Below, piece by piece: positions 1 through 26,779 of a stretch of DNA of 64,000 bases (positions are counted from its first letter, which is position 1; the number at the start of each line of letters is the position of its first letter). Origin of the DNA: the human T2T-CHM13v2.0 reference genome, Homo sapiens; assembly GCF_009914755.1 (NCBI RefSeq), contig NC_060934.1, one strand, 5' to 3'. The notes below the pieces were generated by a model, which worked only from the letters and a program-made list of their open reading frames with translations, ran no database searches and was not told the origin of the DNA. Both the position numbers and the translations under genes were made by a program.

Positions 1-28
1 TTTTCCTGAGATGCATATAATCACTTAC

Positions 29-84
29 AAGAGGAAATCCTGACAATGGTTATGTGAAAAGGTCCGGATTATTTTTACTAGATC
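29..84 (-). other. Probable spliced exon (56 nt, likely 5'UTR) of an unidentified minus-strand gene
   Basis: The minus strand reads a pyrimidine-rich acceptor ...gttattcttcatttag|GATCTAG and a strong donor CCTCTT|gtaagtga, in non-repetitive sequence. Confidence 0.6.
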
Positions 85-236
85 CTAAATGAAGAATAAC
101 CCCAAAAAATGAAATATTAAAATAATACTACCTTAAAATTTATTCCTAAATATTAGGGTCTGGAAAAAACTATTTCAGAGCATTCTACCAGCCCCATGAA
201 ATGTAACCCTAATCCCTCCTTTTCTTTTCTCCTTAC

Positions 237-565
237 TCCTTTTCTTCCCTTTTTCTTTTTTTTCCCATTCATATCTTAAACCTGCAAAGTCATTCCAAGG
301 CACTTTCAGCCTCACTGATATTTCTCAAGACTAAAGAGAGCTATTAATACACCCTAAAATGTGAGTTTCCCGTTCCATCGTCCATGGTCAGATTTCTAAG
401 TCAGGACACAAAGGAAACACCAAATGCCTTATGTTTATCCTCATCTTTATCCCCAGGCAGAGCTTCTGTCTGGCAAGCCAATGTAGGTGGTAATCTAAAT
501 GCCTCGGTTCATCTTTCCCTGGCTTGCAGCTCTCACCCTGGCCTTTGTGTTAACACAAAGCATTC
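237..565 (-). other. Probable exon (likely 5'UTR) of the same minus-strand gene; 3' boundary uncertain
   Basis: Strong acceptor ttctcttctctcttttggtgtttag|GAATG at 565. Candidate donors give exon ends at 537 (AGG|gtgaga) or 237 (GGA|gtaagg). Only short ORFs are present. Confidence 0.45.
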
Positions 566-696
566 CTAAACACCAAAAGAGAGAAGAGAACAATAATGTG
601 TATAACAATGAAGTACAATGGACTTACAAGTCTTAAATTCAAATTATTAAATGCAGAATTTAAAAAGTATTAAATGCAAACATTTAAATATTAATA

Positions 697-2253
<1,557 letters not shown>

Positions 2254-2496
2254 TAAACAGCATAATTTCATCTATTCAAGTTCAAAAACACACAAAACTA
2301 AATTATGTTTGGTGATAACAGATAATGATTATTACCAAAAGTCAGGATGGTAATTTATCTCCTCAGGGGAAGAAGAAGTTGTGATCAGGAAAGGGTACAC
2401 AGGGGACTTCTGGTGTGAAGAAAATGTTCTTTTTGGACCTGGATGATGGGTAGCTATAAAGTTCACTTTTATAATTATTCCTTAAGTGTACATACA

Positions 2497-2805
2497 GGCT
2501 GAGTGCAGTGGTTCAGACCTGTAATCCCAACATTTTGAGAGGCCAGGTTGGGTACCTTGCTTGAGCCCATGCATTCAAGACCAGCCTGGGCAAAATAAGG
2601 AGACCCTGTATCTACAAAAACTAAAAATAAATTAGCCAGGTGCAGTGGTGTGCATTTGTGGTCTCAGCTACTCAAGAGGCTGAGGTGGGACGATCACTTG
2701 AGTCCAGGAGGTCAAGGTTTCAGTGAACCATGCTTGCGCCACTACTCTCCAGCTTAAGAGTCAGAGCAAATGAGACCCTGTCTTTAAAAAAAAAAAAAAA
2801 AAAAA
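2497..2805 (+). mobile_element. AluJ
   Basis: Alu with J-type features (cttgagccca, gaggtcaagg) and poly(A). Confidence 0.9.
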
Positions 2806-2890
2806 GGAAAGAAAAGAAAGAATTAATGAAAAAAGAAAGAAAAAAGTAAAAAGTGTATATATATGTTTGATGTAGTCTTCCCTCTGCATG

Positions 2891-3120
2891 TGTAGGAAAA
2901 GAAATTATCTTTTCCCCATCTATCCCAGGTTCATGGCTGAGGCCCCTACAACAAAAGACAGATTAACAACAAAAGAGCATATAAATTTATTTAATGTAAT
3001 TTTTCTGTGATACAGGAGTCCTCATAAGGAAATGAGGAGCTGAAGAAACAAGAAAGCGTGTGTATTAATATGCTCAAATTTGATGAAGAGTGGACAGTTG
3101 TGGAGGAATATAATTGTATA
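2891..3120 (-). mobile_element. ERV1 LTR fragment (MER39/MER34-like)
   Basis: tgtaggaaaagaaa..ggttcatggctgaggcccctacaacaaaagacagattaac resembles the MER39/MER34 LTR end. Confidence 0.6.
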
Positions 3121-3144
3121 CAATATATAAAATATTTTAAATTT

Positions 3145-3437
<293 letters not shown>

Positions 3438-3511
3438 AGTAATATTTTAAATTTCTTTAATGACACACCACCATACAAAAGCTGTTATTAGGATGAGTTA
3501 ATCATACAACA

Positions 3512-5305
<1,794 letters not shown>

Positions 5306-5616
5306 GTGGCAGAAATTCAACACTCTGAGTTGATGACATGTTATAGTCTCATTTAACAGCAAATAACTAATTAGTAGTATGGGCCAATCTGTAAGGATTT
5401 TACACAAAGACACACACACACACACACATCTGCTAACGGAAGTCTCTTCCTATATACATAAAAATTCCATGGAACTTTTTTAGCATTCAAAGCAACAGAC
5501 ATCTTTATAGATACTCTTTTATAACAATCTCTCTATATTTATATTCTCTCTAGAAACAAACCTAGGTTCATGGCTTGATAACAATATTAGGTATTTCACA
5601 GGATACTTTCCTGCCC

Positions 5617-5976
<360 letters not shown>

Positions 5977-6394
5977 TAAAAAGAATCTCCCTTTCTTACT
6001 TGAAGATGTTGTCTTAAACTTTGGGACTTAAAGCAAAATTAGAAGATCACAAATGAAAGTGCTACTGAACATATAGGTAAATATGTGTTGCTGTTGTTAG
6101 ATTTTGTTTTGTTCTGTTTCAATAAGCTGAGGCTCAGAAAGTTAAGTGTATTACTCTAGGTAACCTAGCTAATCATTTCTAGATACCAGATCGTAACCAG
6201 CTTGACCTCTTATTGGCCATCAATTTTGCAGTCAATCAGAAGTGTGTTTTATTCCTGACATGGCAACTCTGTGCTTCCATAAACAGATGAAAACACTATC
6301 ACAAATGACCATAATGAGAATTAAATGTAATAATACTTGTAAAATGCTGAGTACAATGCCCAACATGCAGCAAATTATGAATAAATACTTGTTT

Positions 6395-6932
6395 TGAGAA
6401 GTTTGGCAGGACTGGTTTCATAAGATACAGATCACAAAGACCCCGCTAATAAAACAGGGTGCAGTAAAGAAGCCAGCCAAACCCCACCAAAACCAAGATG
6501 ACAACGAAAACAACCTACTGTCATCCTCACTGCTTATTATACACTAATTATAACGCATTAGCATGCTAAAAGGAACTCCCACCAGCGCCAGGACAGTTTA
6601 AGAATGCCACAACAATGTCTGGAAGTTACCCTATATGGTCAGAAATGGGGAAGAACTCTCAATTCCAGGAATTTCCCACCCAGTTCCCTAGAAAACTCAT
6701 AAATAATCCACTCCATATTTAGCATATAATCAAGAAATAATCATGAATAAAGCCAGCCAGCAGCCCATGAGGGCTGCTCTGCCTATGAAGTAGTCACCCA
6801 TTTATCCCCTTACTTTCTTAATAAACTTGCTCACTTTACTCTATGCTTGCTCTTGAATTCTTTCTTGGGCAAAGCCAAGAATCCACATGGCCTCCTGGGT
6901 TGAATCCCAACTGTGGGGTTTGCCCTGTGATA
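6395..6932 (+). mobile_element. Full-length solo MER41-family LTR (ERV1)
   Basis: aagatacagatcacaaagaccccgctaataaaacagg..accaagatg..gcattagcatgctaaaag..AATAAA; 4-bp TSD gttt at 6391-6394 and 6933-6936. Confidence 0.88.
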
Positions 6933-7009
6933 GTTTGAAAGGTAATATAATAGAATGCTGCTGATGGTGATAATAATTTAAATTATTTACCTAACAGTTA
7001 CACTGTAGT

Positions 7010-7168
7010 AGATATGAGTAGTTTAGAGATGATTTAAAGTATACAGGAGGATGTGCATAGGTTATACGCAAATAGTACACAATTTTATCTAAATGACTTG
7101 AGCATCTGTGGATTTTGGTATCCGAGGGGGTCCTGGAACCAATCCTCACAGATATCATGGAACTACTG
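7010..7168 (+). mobile_element. Tigger3 3' fragment
   Basis: gagatgatttaaagtatacaggaggatgtgcataggtt..gggtcctggaaccaatc..actactg followed by TA. Confidence 0.8.
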
Positions 7169-7195
7169 TATAATTTAAGTAATATAATTTTCACT

Positions 7196-9383
<2,188 letters not shown>

Positions 9384-9420
9384 AGATTGTTTTTTCCTTT
9401 ATACTGTTCTAATCAAATAA

Positions 9421-9717
<297 letters not shown>

Positions 9718-10015
9718 GAAATGCTTCTTTTTGTCTAACCTAAATACCATTTGAATCCTTTTCAAAAAATGAGGAAAGGACTTGAATAGACATTTCTCCA
9801 AAGATGTACAAATGGCCAATAAGCACATGAAAAGATGCTCAACATCATCAATCATTAGGTAAAAGCAAATTAAAACCAATTAAAACCATAATGAGGTACT
9901 ATTCACACACAAAACAGAGTATCTATTATAAAAAACTAGAATATTTTCCAGAGAAAATGTGGAGAAATTGGGACCTTTGTGCATTGTTGGTGGGAATGTA
10001 AAATAATGCAGCTAT

Positions 10016-10382
10016 TGTTAGTCGAATTAAGTTTGGCCTAAAACTGCCTCCGTACATATTTTAAGATCGGCCTAAATGTTTCTCCATACTTAACTGTAAC
10101 CTAACGATGTATAAATACACCTACTCTTGTAACAAGTACCCAAGTCTCATCCAACCACAGGCACCCAACTGTTCAAACCAAGTTCAAATAAGGCAAACTC
10201 CTGGCTGTAACCAATCCAGCCATTTCTGGACCTCACTCCTGTTTTCTATCAATGTCATCTGACCATGAAGCAGCCCTAGAGTTGCTCTGAATCCATGCTG
10301 GTTCTGAGGGCTGGCCAATTTACAAATCATTCTTTGCTCAATTAAGCTCTGTTAAATTTAATTTGTGTAAAGTGTTTTAACA
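10016..10382 (+). mobile_element. MER57B-like solo LTR
   Basis: tgtta..attaagtttggcctaaaactgcctccgtacatattttaag..gttaaatttaatttg..ttttaaca; TG..CA ends. Confidence 0.8.
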
Positions 10383-10704
10383 GTATATATACACAATGGA
10401 ATATTATTCAGCCATTTAAAAGGAAGGAAATTCTGGCATATGCTACAATATGGATAGATTCAAAACAACAAATACCATATGATTCCACTTATATGAGGTA
10501 CCTAAAATAGTAAAAGTTCAGAGACAGAAAGTAGACTAATGGTTATCAAGAGCTTGGAAGAGGGAAAATGGGAATTTATTGTTTAATGGGTTCAGGGTTT
10601 CTGTTTGAGAAGATGACAAAGTTCTGAAAATGAATAGTGGCAATAGCTGCATGACATGTTGAATGTACTTAATGACAATGAAGTATACATTAAAAAGTGG
10701 TCAT

Positions 10705-11620
<916 letters not shown>

Positions 11621-12370
11621 AATAGTAAAAAAGTAAATTTTATGTTATATATATTTTACGACACTTTTTTTAAAGAAAAAATATATCTAGTCCAAATTAT
11701 GTGGAATATGGCAACTGATTCATCATTTATCTGAGATTTAAAATTTTAAGAGACAAAAACTGCCAAGGATGGTTAATTAGAGAGAATTTACTAAAAAGAC
11801 TGTTTGCAAAGACACAAGCAGAGTTAACAAAAACGAACAAGAGATAGTAAAGCACTCTGAACATAAGAAACAGTGGGAAGACAGTAGGCCTTAGTGGGCC
11901 AGGGAAGGTAGTACTGGAATTACCAGAACTCAGTCAACTGTAGCTACAGCTTTGGGAAACAGCTGACAGAAGTTGTGTGGCCTTCAGCAGAGGAATACAA
12001 CTATTACCAACTGACAAGGAGGGAGCCAGGGAAATAAACACACAGACATCACTGTCCTCCCACCTTCTGTCTTTGCCAAACCCTATTGGATAACAAAAGG
12101 AAAAGAGCTTATGGATGTAGCTTACAAAAGGCAGCCTCTTGGAGCATAAAGCTGAGTGGAGGAGGTTAGAGGGTGAATACAGAGGGGCAAATGGACACTA
12201 TGTAGTACAACATGATACATTACTTTACCTTGTATTTCTATTTTACTAGCCAAAGGAAAAACTGTAATAAATATATTTATCAGTACAAAGAAAAACTTCC
12301 TGCTGCCACAAAAAAGTAGGCAAGTAACTGGATTAAAATTCTAAGATTTTTGTTGTTTAAAAAAAAACAA

Positions 12371-14164
<1,794 letters not shown>

Positions 14165-14618
14165 GTTGGGATGCATAGGAAGAATGCATACTCCACTGGT
14201 AAAGACAACACAAAATTCACTTCCTAAAATGCATACAAATGACATACAAAGAATAAAAAAGAGAGAGAAAAGATGCAGTATCTGTAAGACAAAATCCATA
14301 ATATAAAGAAAAACTAGAAATATTAAAGATTAAAAGTAATTATTTATAAAAATAAAAGCAAGTTGTTTAAATGGCCTCTTTTTCAGAAAAAAAATTAACA
14401 TCAAACCTTTATAGCTTATTTTAAAACTTTCAAACATGCAGGAAATTTCAAAGACTACTATTATCAACACCATATGTGCATTACTTAAATTCAACAATTA
14501 ACATTTTGATATACTTGCTTCATCTACTTATCTATATGGCTACTCATCAAACTATTTTTTATGTTGAATCATTTCAAAGTAAATTACAGACATTATTAGG
14601 AGAAACACTTTACCCCTA

Positions 14619-14926
14619 ATTTTTTTTTTTTTTTTTTTTTTAGAGACAGGGTTTTGCTCTGTCACCCAGGCTGTAGTGCAGTGGCATGAGCATAGCACTC
14701 TGCAGCCTCAAACGCCTAGGTTTAAGTAGTCCTCCTGCCTCAGCCTCCTGAGTGGCTAGGAACTACAGGGATGTGCCACCACGCCTGGCTGATTTTTTTT
14801 TATTTTTTGTAGAGCCCAGGTCCCATTATGTTGTTCAGGCTGGTCTCCAACTCCTGGCCTCAAGCAATCCTCCCACCTCAGCTTCCTAAAGCTCTGGGAT
14901 TATGAGCATGAGCCACCACACCTGGC
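14619..14926 (-). mobile_element. AluJ
   Basis: Reverse-complement Alu; TSD tacccta-like. Confidence 0.9.
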
Positions 14927-15176
14927 TATACCCCTACATATTTTAATATTCTCCTACACAACTACAATATTTTCTCCTACATAACTACATTATCAAATTT
15001 ATTCAAATTAATAATTACCTAATATCTTCTAATACTAGAACACATACAAACTCCCCCAAAATTTACAGCTGATTTTTCAAACCAGGATCCCTACAAATAA
15101 GACTATCTTTGGTTTTCTCTAAACAGTCTCTCTTAATCTAGAAGAGTTCCTCATACATAACCTTTTTCTCCCCTTA

Positions 15177-15510
<334 letters not shown>

Positions 15511-15529
15511 ACACATAATATAAAATGTA

Positions 15530-16260
15530 CCCATACTCATTCAAATGGCTATTACTTAAATTTAAAAAAAAAAACAAGTGTTGACAAGGATGTGTAGAAA
15601 ATGAAACCCTTGTACACTGCTGATAGGAATATAAAATAGTGCAGGCACTACAGAAAAAGTATGGCAGCTCCTCAAAAAATTAAACATAGAATTACCATAT
15701 GATCCAGCAATTCCACTTCTAGGTGTATTTCCAAAGGAATTTAAAGGAGGAACCTGAATAGATATTTGTACAGCCATGCTCAAAGCAGCATTGTGCACAA
15801 CAGCCAAATGGTGGAAGCAACCCAAGTGTCCACTGATGGATGAATGGATAAAATGTGACACATACATACAAGGAATATTATTCAGCCTTTATTTTTTCTT
15901 AATCATGGCAAAATTTCATCATGTCATTTCACCTTCAAAAGGAAGGAAATTCTAGCATATGCTACAACATGGATGAACCTGAAGGATACTATGCTAAGGG
16001 AAACAAGCCAATCCAAAAAAGACAAATACTTTGTGATTTCACTTACATGAGGCACCTAGCATAGTCAAATCATAGAGACAGAAAGTAGAATGATGGATGC
16101 CAGAGGTTTCAGGGAGAGGGAAATGAGGAATGAGCATTTAATGAGTATGGGGTTTCAGTTTGGGAAGTAGTTTTGGAAATGAATGCTAGTGATGGTTGTG
16201 TAACAATGTGAATGTACTTAATGCCACTGTACATTAAAAATTATTAAAATGGTAAATATT
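15530..16260 (+). mobile_element. L1MB-type 3' end
   Basis: aacaagtgttgacaaggatgtg..gaattaccatatgatccagcaattccacttctagg..gatggttgtgtaacaatgtgaatgtacttaatgccactg. Confidence 0.85.
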
Positions 16261-16446
16261 TAAGCTGTGCTAAAATATACATAACAGAAAATTGACGATT
16301 TTGACCACTTTTAAGCATACAATTCAGTGGCATATACATTCACCATGTTGTACAATCACAGCACAACCTTAATTTCTGAAAAGGGCAAATATATTGCAGC
16401 ATTTTTCATACTGCGGATTTGTCTGATTGCTTCCTTGTGGTGTGGT

Positions 16447-16765
16447 TTTGTGTTTGTTTGTTTGTTTGTTTGTTTTGAGATGGAGTCTCAGTCTCACTCT
16501 GTTGCCTAGGCTAGAGTGCAGTGGCATGATCTTGGCTCACCGCAACCTCTGCCTCCTGGGCTCAAGTGATACTTGTGCCTCAGCCTCCCCAGTAATTGGA
16601 ATTACAGACATGTGCCACCATGCCCAGCTAATTTTTGTATTTTTACTACAGACAGGGTTTCACCACTTTGGCCAGGCTAGTCTTGAACTCCTGACCTCAA
16701 GCAATCTTCCCGCCTTGGCCTCCCAAAGTGCTGGGATTACAGGTGTGAGCAACAGCACCACAGCA
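16447..16765 (-). mobile_element. AluS
   Basis: Reverse-complement Alu with (tttg)n tail. Confidence 0.92.
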
Positions 16766-16919
16766 CACTGTGCTGTGGTATTAAATCTTTCTCTATTCCT
16801 TTTTTTTCCTGTAAACTGGAAGTTACATCTAAAGGTTAGATCACAGTCAAATTAAGTATTTTTGGCAAGAATTCTGCATAGATTATTTTCTATATTTCAT
16901 GAGTCTTGTCTTAGGCTTT

Positions 16920-18480
<1,561 letters not shown>

Positions 18481-18865
18481 AGACCAGTTTTTTTTGTCCC
18501 TTTTATTCATCTCTTTCTCTGAATTATTTTAAGGCAACTCAAATATTATATCATTTCACTGCTATATATTTTGGTATGTCTCTCCAAAAATATGGACTTT
18601 TTTCCCACATAATCATGTCAGTTGTACTCAACAAATTTAACCATCCCTTAGTATGATCTAACACCAGTCCATACTCCAATTTCCTCAATTTAAAAAAAAT
18701 TGAACTGATAGTTTAAACTCTTTTTAATGCTAGCATTTAATAAACACTACTCTGTGAGGGGTACTATGCTAAGTACCTGATATCCATTACCTTATTTAGT
18801 CCTCAGTAATCCTTTGGGGTAAATATTATTATTACTCCCATTTCACTGATAAGAACACCAAAGCT

Positions 18866-19768
<903 letters not shown>

Positions 19769-20069
19769 TTATGCTTCAATACCATCTCACGACTTATTAG
19801 CATAAAATATCAGATAATATCAATGCTTAAATTGAAAATCAAATTCGAAGATTGCTTAATTTAAATGCTATTACAGGTCAAAGACCTGAAAAAAATAATA
19901 ATGCTACTTTATTTGAAATATATTACAATAAAATCTGCTTAAAATTTTAAGAAATACAACTTTCGAATCTAAAAGAGAATTTTAATAGAAAAAGCACAAG
20001 AAACTTGGTTGAAATGAAACTATCATCTCAAACTAGAGAATGCAGATTCATTTAATTATAATGTTCTAT

Positions 20070-20245
20070 CACAGCTCTTGTCAAGTAGAACATGTTGTGA
20101 TGACAGAAATATTTTGTATCTGTGCTGTTCAATACAATAGCCACTACCCATATGTGAGTACTGGGCATCTGAAATATGTCTAAAAAAACTAAGAGAAACT
20201 GAATTTTTTGTTTTCTTTATTTTTAATGAGCTTAAATTTAAATTG
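20070..20245. mobile_element. MER3 (hAT-Charlie)
   Basis: gtagaacatgttgtgatgacagaaat..tctgtgctgttcaatacaatagccactacccatatgtg. Confidence 0.7.
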
Positions 20246-20510
20246 TAATTATCAGTTCATCTGTCTGTTTTCCCCACTAGGCTGTAAGGTCCTTGAAGAA
20301 CAGAATGTATTTTCATCTCTCCTTTCAATGTCTTGATACATATTAGAAACCTGTTTGTTGATATGTGGTAGAATATGTGGATGGAATTTTCTAGATGTGT
20401 CCAGATAAATTCTCTAAATATATCAGACTGATAAAGGTTACAAAGTACAGACTTACTTTATTGGATTATATCTTTTTTCTATTCTGACTTTTAAAACAAA
20501 TGAAATATTA

Positions 20511-20832
<322 letters not shown>

Positions 20833-21539
20833 TTACTCATTTATTCACCAAACATGCTCTGAGCTTACATATTTGTGACAAAGACTCTGTTATGTACTCA
20901 GGATATGATGATGAATAAGACCCAGTTTCTGGCATCAAGAATCACTCAATCTAAGACAATACATACAATTGCTCCACAAAGTGAGAAGACTACTTTAAAC
21001 AGATAAATTATGAGAACCAACAAGGAAAGTAAATTACGAGAACCAAGAAGGAAAATAACCACCTGAGGGTAGAGGGAGGTTCTACATACTGAACAATAAT
21101 TCATTAATCTAGTTTAACGATGAACGGCAGCTCACCAGTTGGGAGATGGCAGAACGGTGGAGAGGCATTCCAGGTACAACAAATAGCCACTTAAAGGCAT
21201 AAAGACACAAAAACACATGGTGAACATGGGGAGGAAAAAGTGTCTCATTCTGACTAGAACATGTGAAAACGAATAAAAAGGGGAGGAGGATACATTAGAG
21301 CTAGATTCTAATACCCTTTTGTGCTATACTACAGTGCTGATTCAATCTTATTAGGATGGTAGGCAAAGTATTCATGTTTACTTTTTTTAAAAAAAAGGAA
21401 AAAAACAGCTTGCTAATTCCCATACTCAAAGAACAAACTTTAAAAAGCAAAATCTAAATTATAAATTTTTGCTTATAACAGACACCAAATCCAAATTAAC
21501 TGTCCAAGCAAGGTTATTAGAATAGGCACTTGAAGTTTT

Positions 21540-21832
21540 TGTTGTTTTTGAGATGGAGTCTCACTCTGTCGCCCAGGCTGGTGTACAGTAGTGCCATCTT
21601 GGCTCACTGCAACCTCCGCCTCCCGGGTTCAGGCAATTCTCATGCCTCAGCCTCCCAAGCAGCTGGGATTACAGGAGTGTGCTACCATGCCTGGCTAATT
21701 TTTTGTATTTTTAGTAGAGACAGGGTTTCACCACGTTGCCCAGGCTGGTTTCGAACTCCTGACCTCAAGTGATTCTCCTGCCTCAGCCTCCCAAAGTACC
21801 GGGATTACAGGCATGAGCCACTGCACCTGGCC
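21540..21832 (-). mobile_element. AluS
   Basis: Reverse-complement Alu; TSD gcactt(g/c)aagtttt. Confidence 0.93.
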
Positions 21833-22277
21833 AAGCACTTCAAGTTTTAAATAAGCAACATTAAATCACTTTGAAGAGAAATGCAAGCATTATTTGTATC
21901 CTTAACTGTTGAGGATATCTTTTTCAAATATTACACTAAAGTTTCAATTTTCTCATAGTAAAACCCATCTTGAACTTAATATTAGTCTAGGAAACATTTA
22001 TGATCTGCAAAAAATTGATCACCCTGTTAGTTTGGGGGAAAAAAGCTGAGTCTACTTCTAGCCATTTCTTGCCTCATAAACAGAACTAAAACACCTCTCC
22101 CACGATGTGGCAATATTTAACTTTTCAACGACAGGTTATTAATTATATTTAATGTCAATCACTTCTCACAGTTGTCCAATTCCACAGCTACCTTTTTTTG
22201 CTTTTTCAACTGACATTCTGTTACCTGTTTTACCCACAGGTATCTTATCTACAGGTATCCACTCTATCGTGCTCTTA

Positions 22278-22892
<615 letters not shown>

Positions 22893-23256
22893 TTAAACAT
22901 AAAACAATGAAAAGAACCAAGTATTTAATCATATCCACAACATGTATTTAAATATTTAAAACATTTTTATTTACTATTTATTAACTGCAGTTACTAATCA
23001 AGTTCACCCAAAGCAATAAAAATATCAAGAATTTATTTTAACAAGCTGGCTAATACATAATATATTTAAAGTTATAAAACCTGAATATTCCAGAGCAGGG
23101 GTACTAAACATGTAATAACAGTACAGATACACACACTGGAAGAGTGTAAATTTTTTCAAGTTCTTTAAGTGATTATAATAGGCATTAAAAATAGAAAAAA
23201 ATCAACACATAAACTGTAAATACAATTTTTTATATTGCAAAAGGAAACCAAGTTCT

Positions 23257-23569
23257 CTTATTTATTTATTTATTTATTGAGCCAGAATCTTGCTCTGTCG
23301 CCCAGGCTGGAGTGCAGTGGCACGATCTCAGCTCACTGCAAGCTCTGCCTCCCAGGTTCACGCCATTCTCCTGCCTCAGCCTCCCCGGAGTAGCTGGGAC
23401 TACAGGCGCCTGCCACCACACTCGGCTAATTTTTTGTATGTTTGTTTTTTTAGTAGAAACGGGGTTTCACCATGTTAGCCAGGATGGTCTCGATCTCCTG
23501 ACCTCGTGATCTGCCGGCCTCAGCCTCCCAAAGTGCTGGGATTACAAGCGTGAGCCACCGCGCCCGGCC
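23257..23569 (-). mobile_element. AluY
   Basis: gcaagctctgcctcccaggttcacgccattc diagnostic; TSD ccaagttctctta. Confidence 0.93.
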
Positions 23570-23625
23570 CCAAGTTCTCTTAATTAAAAAAAAAAAAAAA
23601 AATGAAAATTATTTTAGTGAACATC

Positions 23626-24000
23626 TGTTGTTTTTGCCTGTCCAGCAACCAATTGCTCTTCTCCAGAAAGCATCACCTCAATTTTTCTTTAGGAACTGTC
23701 ACCCACCCTTAACTCAAATGGTTTCAAACTATATTCCTCTCCTTCCCACTCCAGGATAGGGACAAATTCCAAGCCTAGCCACACAAAGCATTCCATCACT
23801 CTGGCCACAGGGACTGCCTCTAGGATGGGCAAAGACCCAAGTCAGGTCAATGAAACTACCATACAGTGGTGCGCTGGAACTGTAGAGAAAGGGAAATTCT
23901 CTTTCTTCTTGGGTTTCTGAGGTTGAAGGAAGTAAGCCTAGTGCTGGTATTACAATCTTTCCCAGGGAATCTGACTCCAAAGCCTTACTTTTCCACACTG
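23626..24000. mobile_element. Old ERVL-type LTR (LTR33/LTR16-like)
   Basis: tgttgtttttgcctgtccagca..cattccatcactctggccacagggactg..ggatgggcaaagacccaagtcaggtcaatga. Confidence 0.5.
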
Positions 24001-24332
24001 AATCCCAAATATGCAAAGGGAACTAGTGGTTACCTGGTAGTAAGAGAAAAGATAAATTAGGACTTTGACTTTCAATATTGTATTTTCGATAATGTTTCCA
24101 TTTTCCAAAAATAAGCATATTACTTCAATAATAGGAAATTTAAAATGTTTAAAAATATTGCCCGTGTTTTCTTCTCAAACATGCTTATTCATATTTCAAT
24201 ATCTTAAAAGTATTAACAATTTTCTCATAATTTACCAAAGCACATAGAATATCCATCTAAAAACAATCACCTTCTTCTCCTGGCACAAAATAAAGCTATT
24301 ACAATATTTTCATTTTTAAATTATGAGTGGGA

Positions 24333-25250
<918 letters not shown>

Positions 25251-25505
25251 TAATTAATTAAAAACTGGTTCTTATTTTAAAAGGGATACACTAAACAACT
25301 GCATATGGAAAAAATGGTTAATGTTCAGCAAGTGCTGCAGCCATTGTAAAAATGGCTCAAGAGATAAAGCTAACTTTAAAGACTGAAGGTGGCAAAATTG
25401 GGTTTAAAAAAGCTTTATCAATTATATTAGTCCTATAACTCTGAATAGCATAAGATCTGAAGGAGTTGGTCAGTTAAATATTTCAATTATAATTATTTTG
25501 CATAA

Positions 25506-25823
<318 letters not shown>

Positions 25824-26779
25824 TGTTTTATTCTTAAACACAGGAAAGTTAGTCTCAAGATGCACTTCTTAGGAATGTAAACAATCTACTGAATATAGTA
25901 AATATAAAGGAAGACAGCAATAAACACTTTTGTTCTCTTGCATTTATTAGCTTCTATTAGTTTCTATCATTCTTTCCCTTTCTCCTCAGGCACACAAGCC
26001 ACTCCAGAATATTCACTTTTTGTTAATATTATGTTTTATGGCTCTCAGTAAGGACACTCAGAAGATGTCAGAGACACTTGCTTGATATATTAGGTAGCCA
26101 GAGTGATGTTCTTAAGTGGAAGAGACAATCAGGGACAAACCAAGGATTGGGACAAAGAGTAGCTGGAGGCAAAAGCCACCTTCCTACAGACAAGTGGCAA
26201 TGGGTTCTAAAGTTTTTAGGATAAGGCAATATTCAAAAAGCTCATTACCTGGTCCACACCAGAAACACAGTAGGTGGGTCATTCTGGCCAACACCTTTGT
26301 CTCAAGATACTGACGTTTATTATTTGTCATATGGTCCAATGAAACCTAAACTCTCCTACAGCTATCCACACCGAACTTGTTTCACCTCATGAAATGCAAA
26401 CTCCTTTCTTATACTGCTCGATCACTTCCCTACGTGCCCCAAAGGGATGTTCTAATATAAACAAAGGCATATCAAAGAAGCCACCCAAACAAGTGAGATA
26501 GAAACATTTATTGATAAATAGGAAGAAAATGGGCGTTTCTAAGGTACCACAGGAAAAATAAAATATTTTACTCTAGTCCCTTAGCTATAAGATATTTATT
26601 CTACTTATATTTACTAATGGCCACCGTATTTTTTAAGACATGGAAAATTGGAAGGTAAAGAAACCATCAACCATAAGATTACAGAGAAGGCAACTTGAAG
26701 AACAGTTTGTTTTAAACTGTTCTCCCAACATTCACATAGAGTCAATAACATCTAGCTCTTTCTCAAAACAGCCTATGGC

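Noticed and set aside
85-131. Minus-strand donor AAG|gtagta at 131
   Set aside because: It would leave a 47-nt intron before the exon at 84, too short for a typical human intron.
21004-21058. About 26-bp tandem duplication (taaattatgagaaccaa..ggaaa)
   Set aside because: Two diverged copies in an L2-like remnant; common slippage product.
26240-26260. Minus-strand donor CAG|gtaatg near 26248
   Set aside because: No convincing matching acceptor, so no exon is called.
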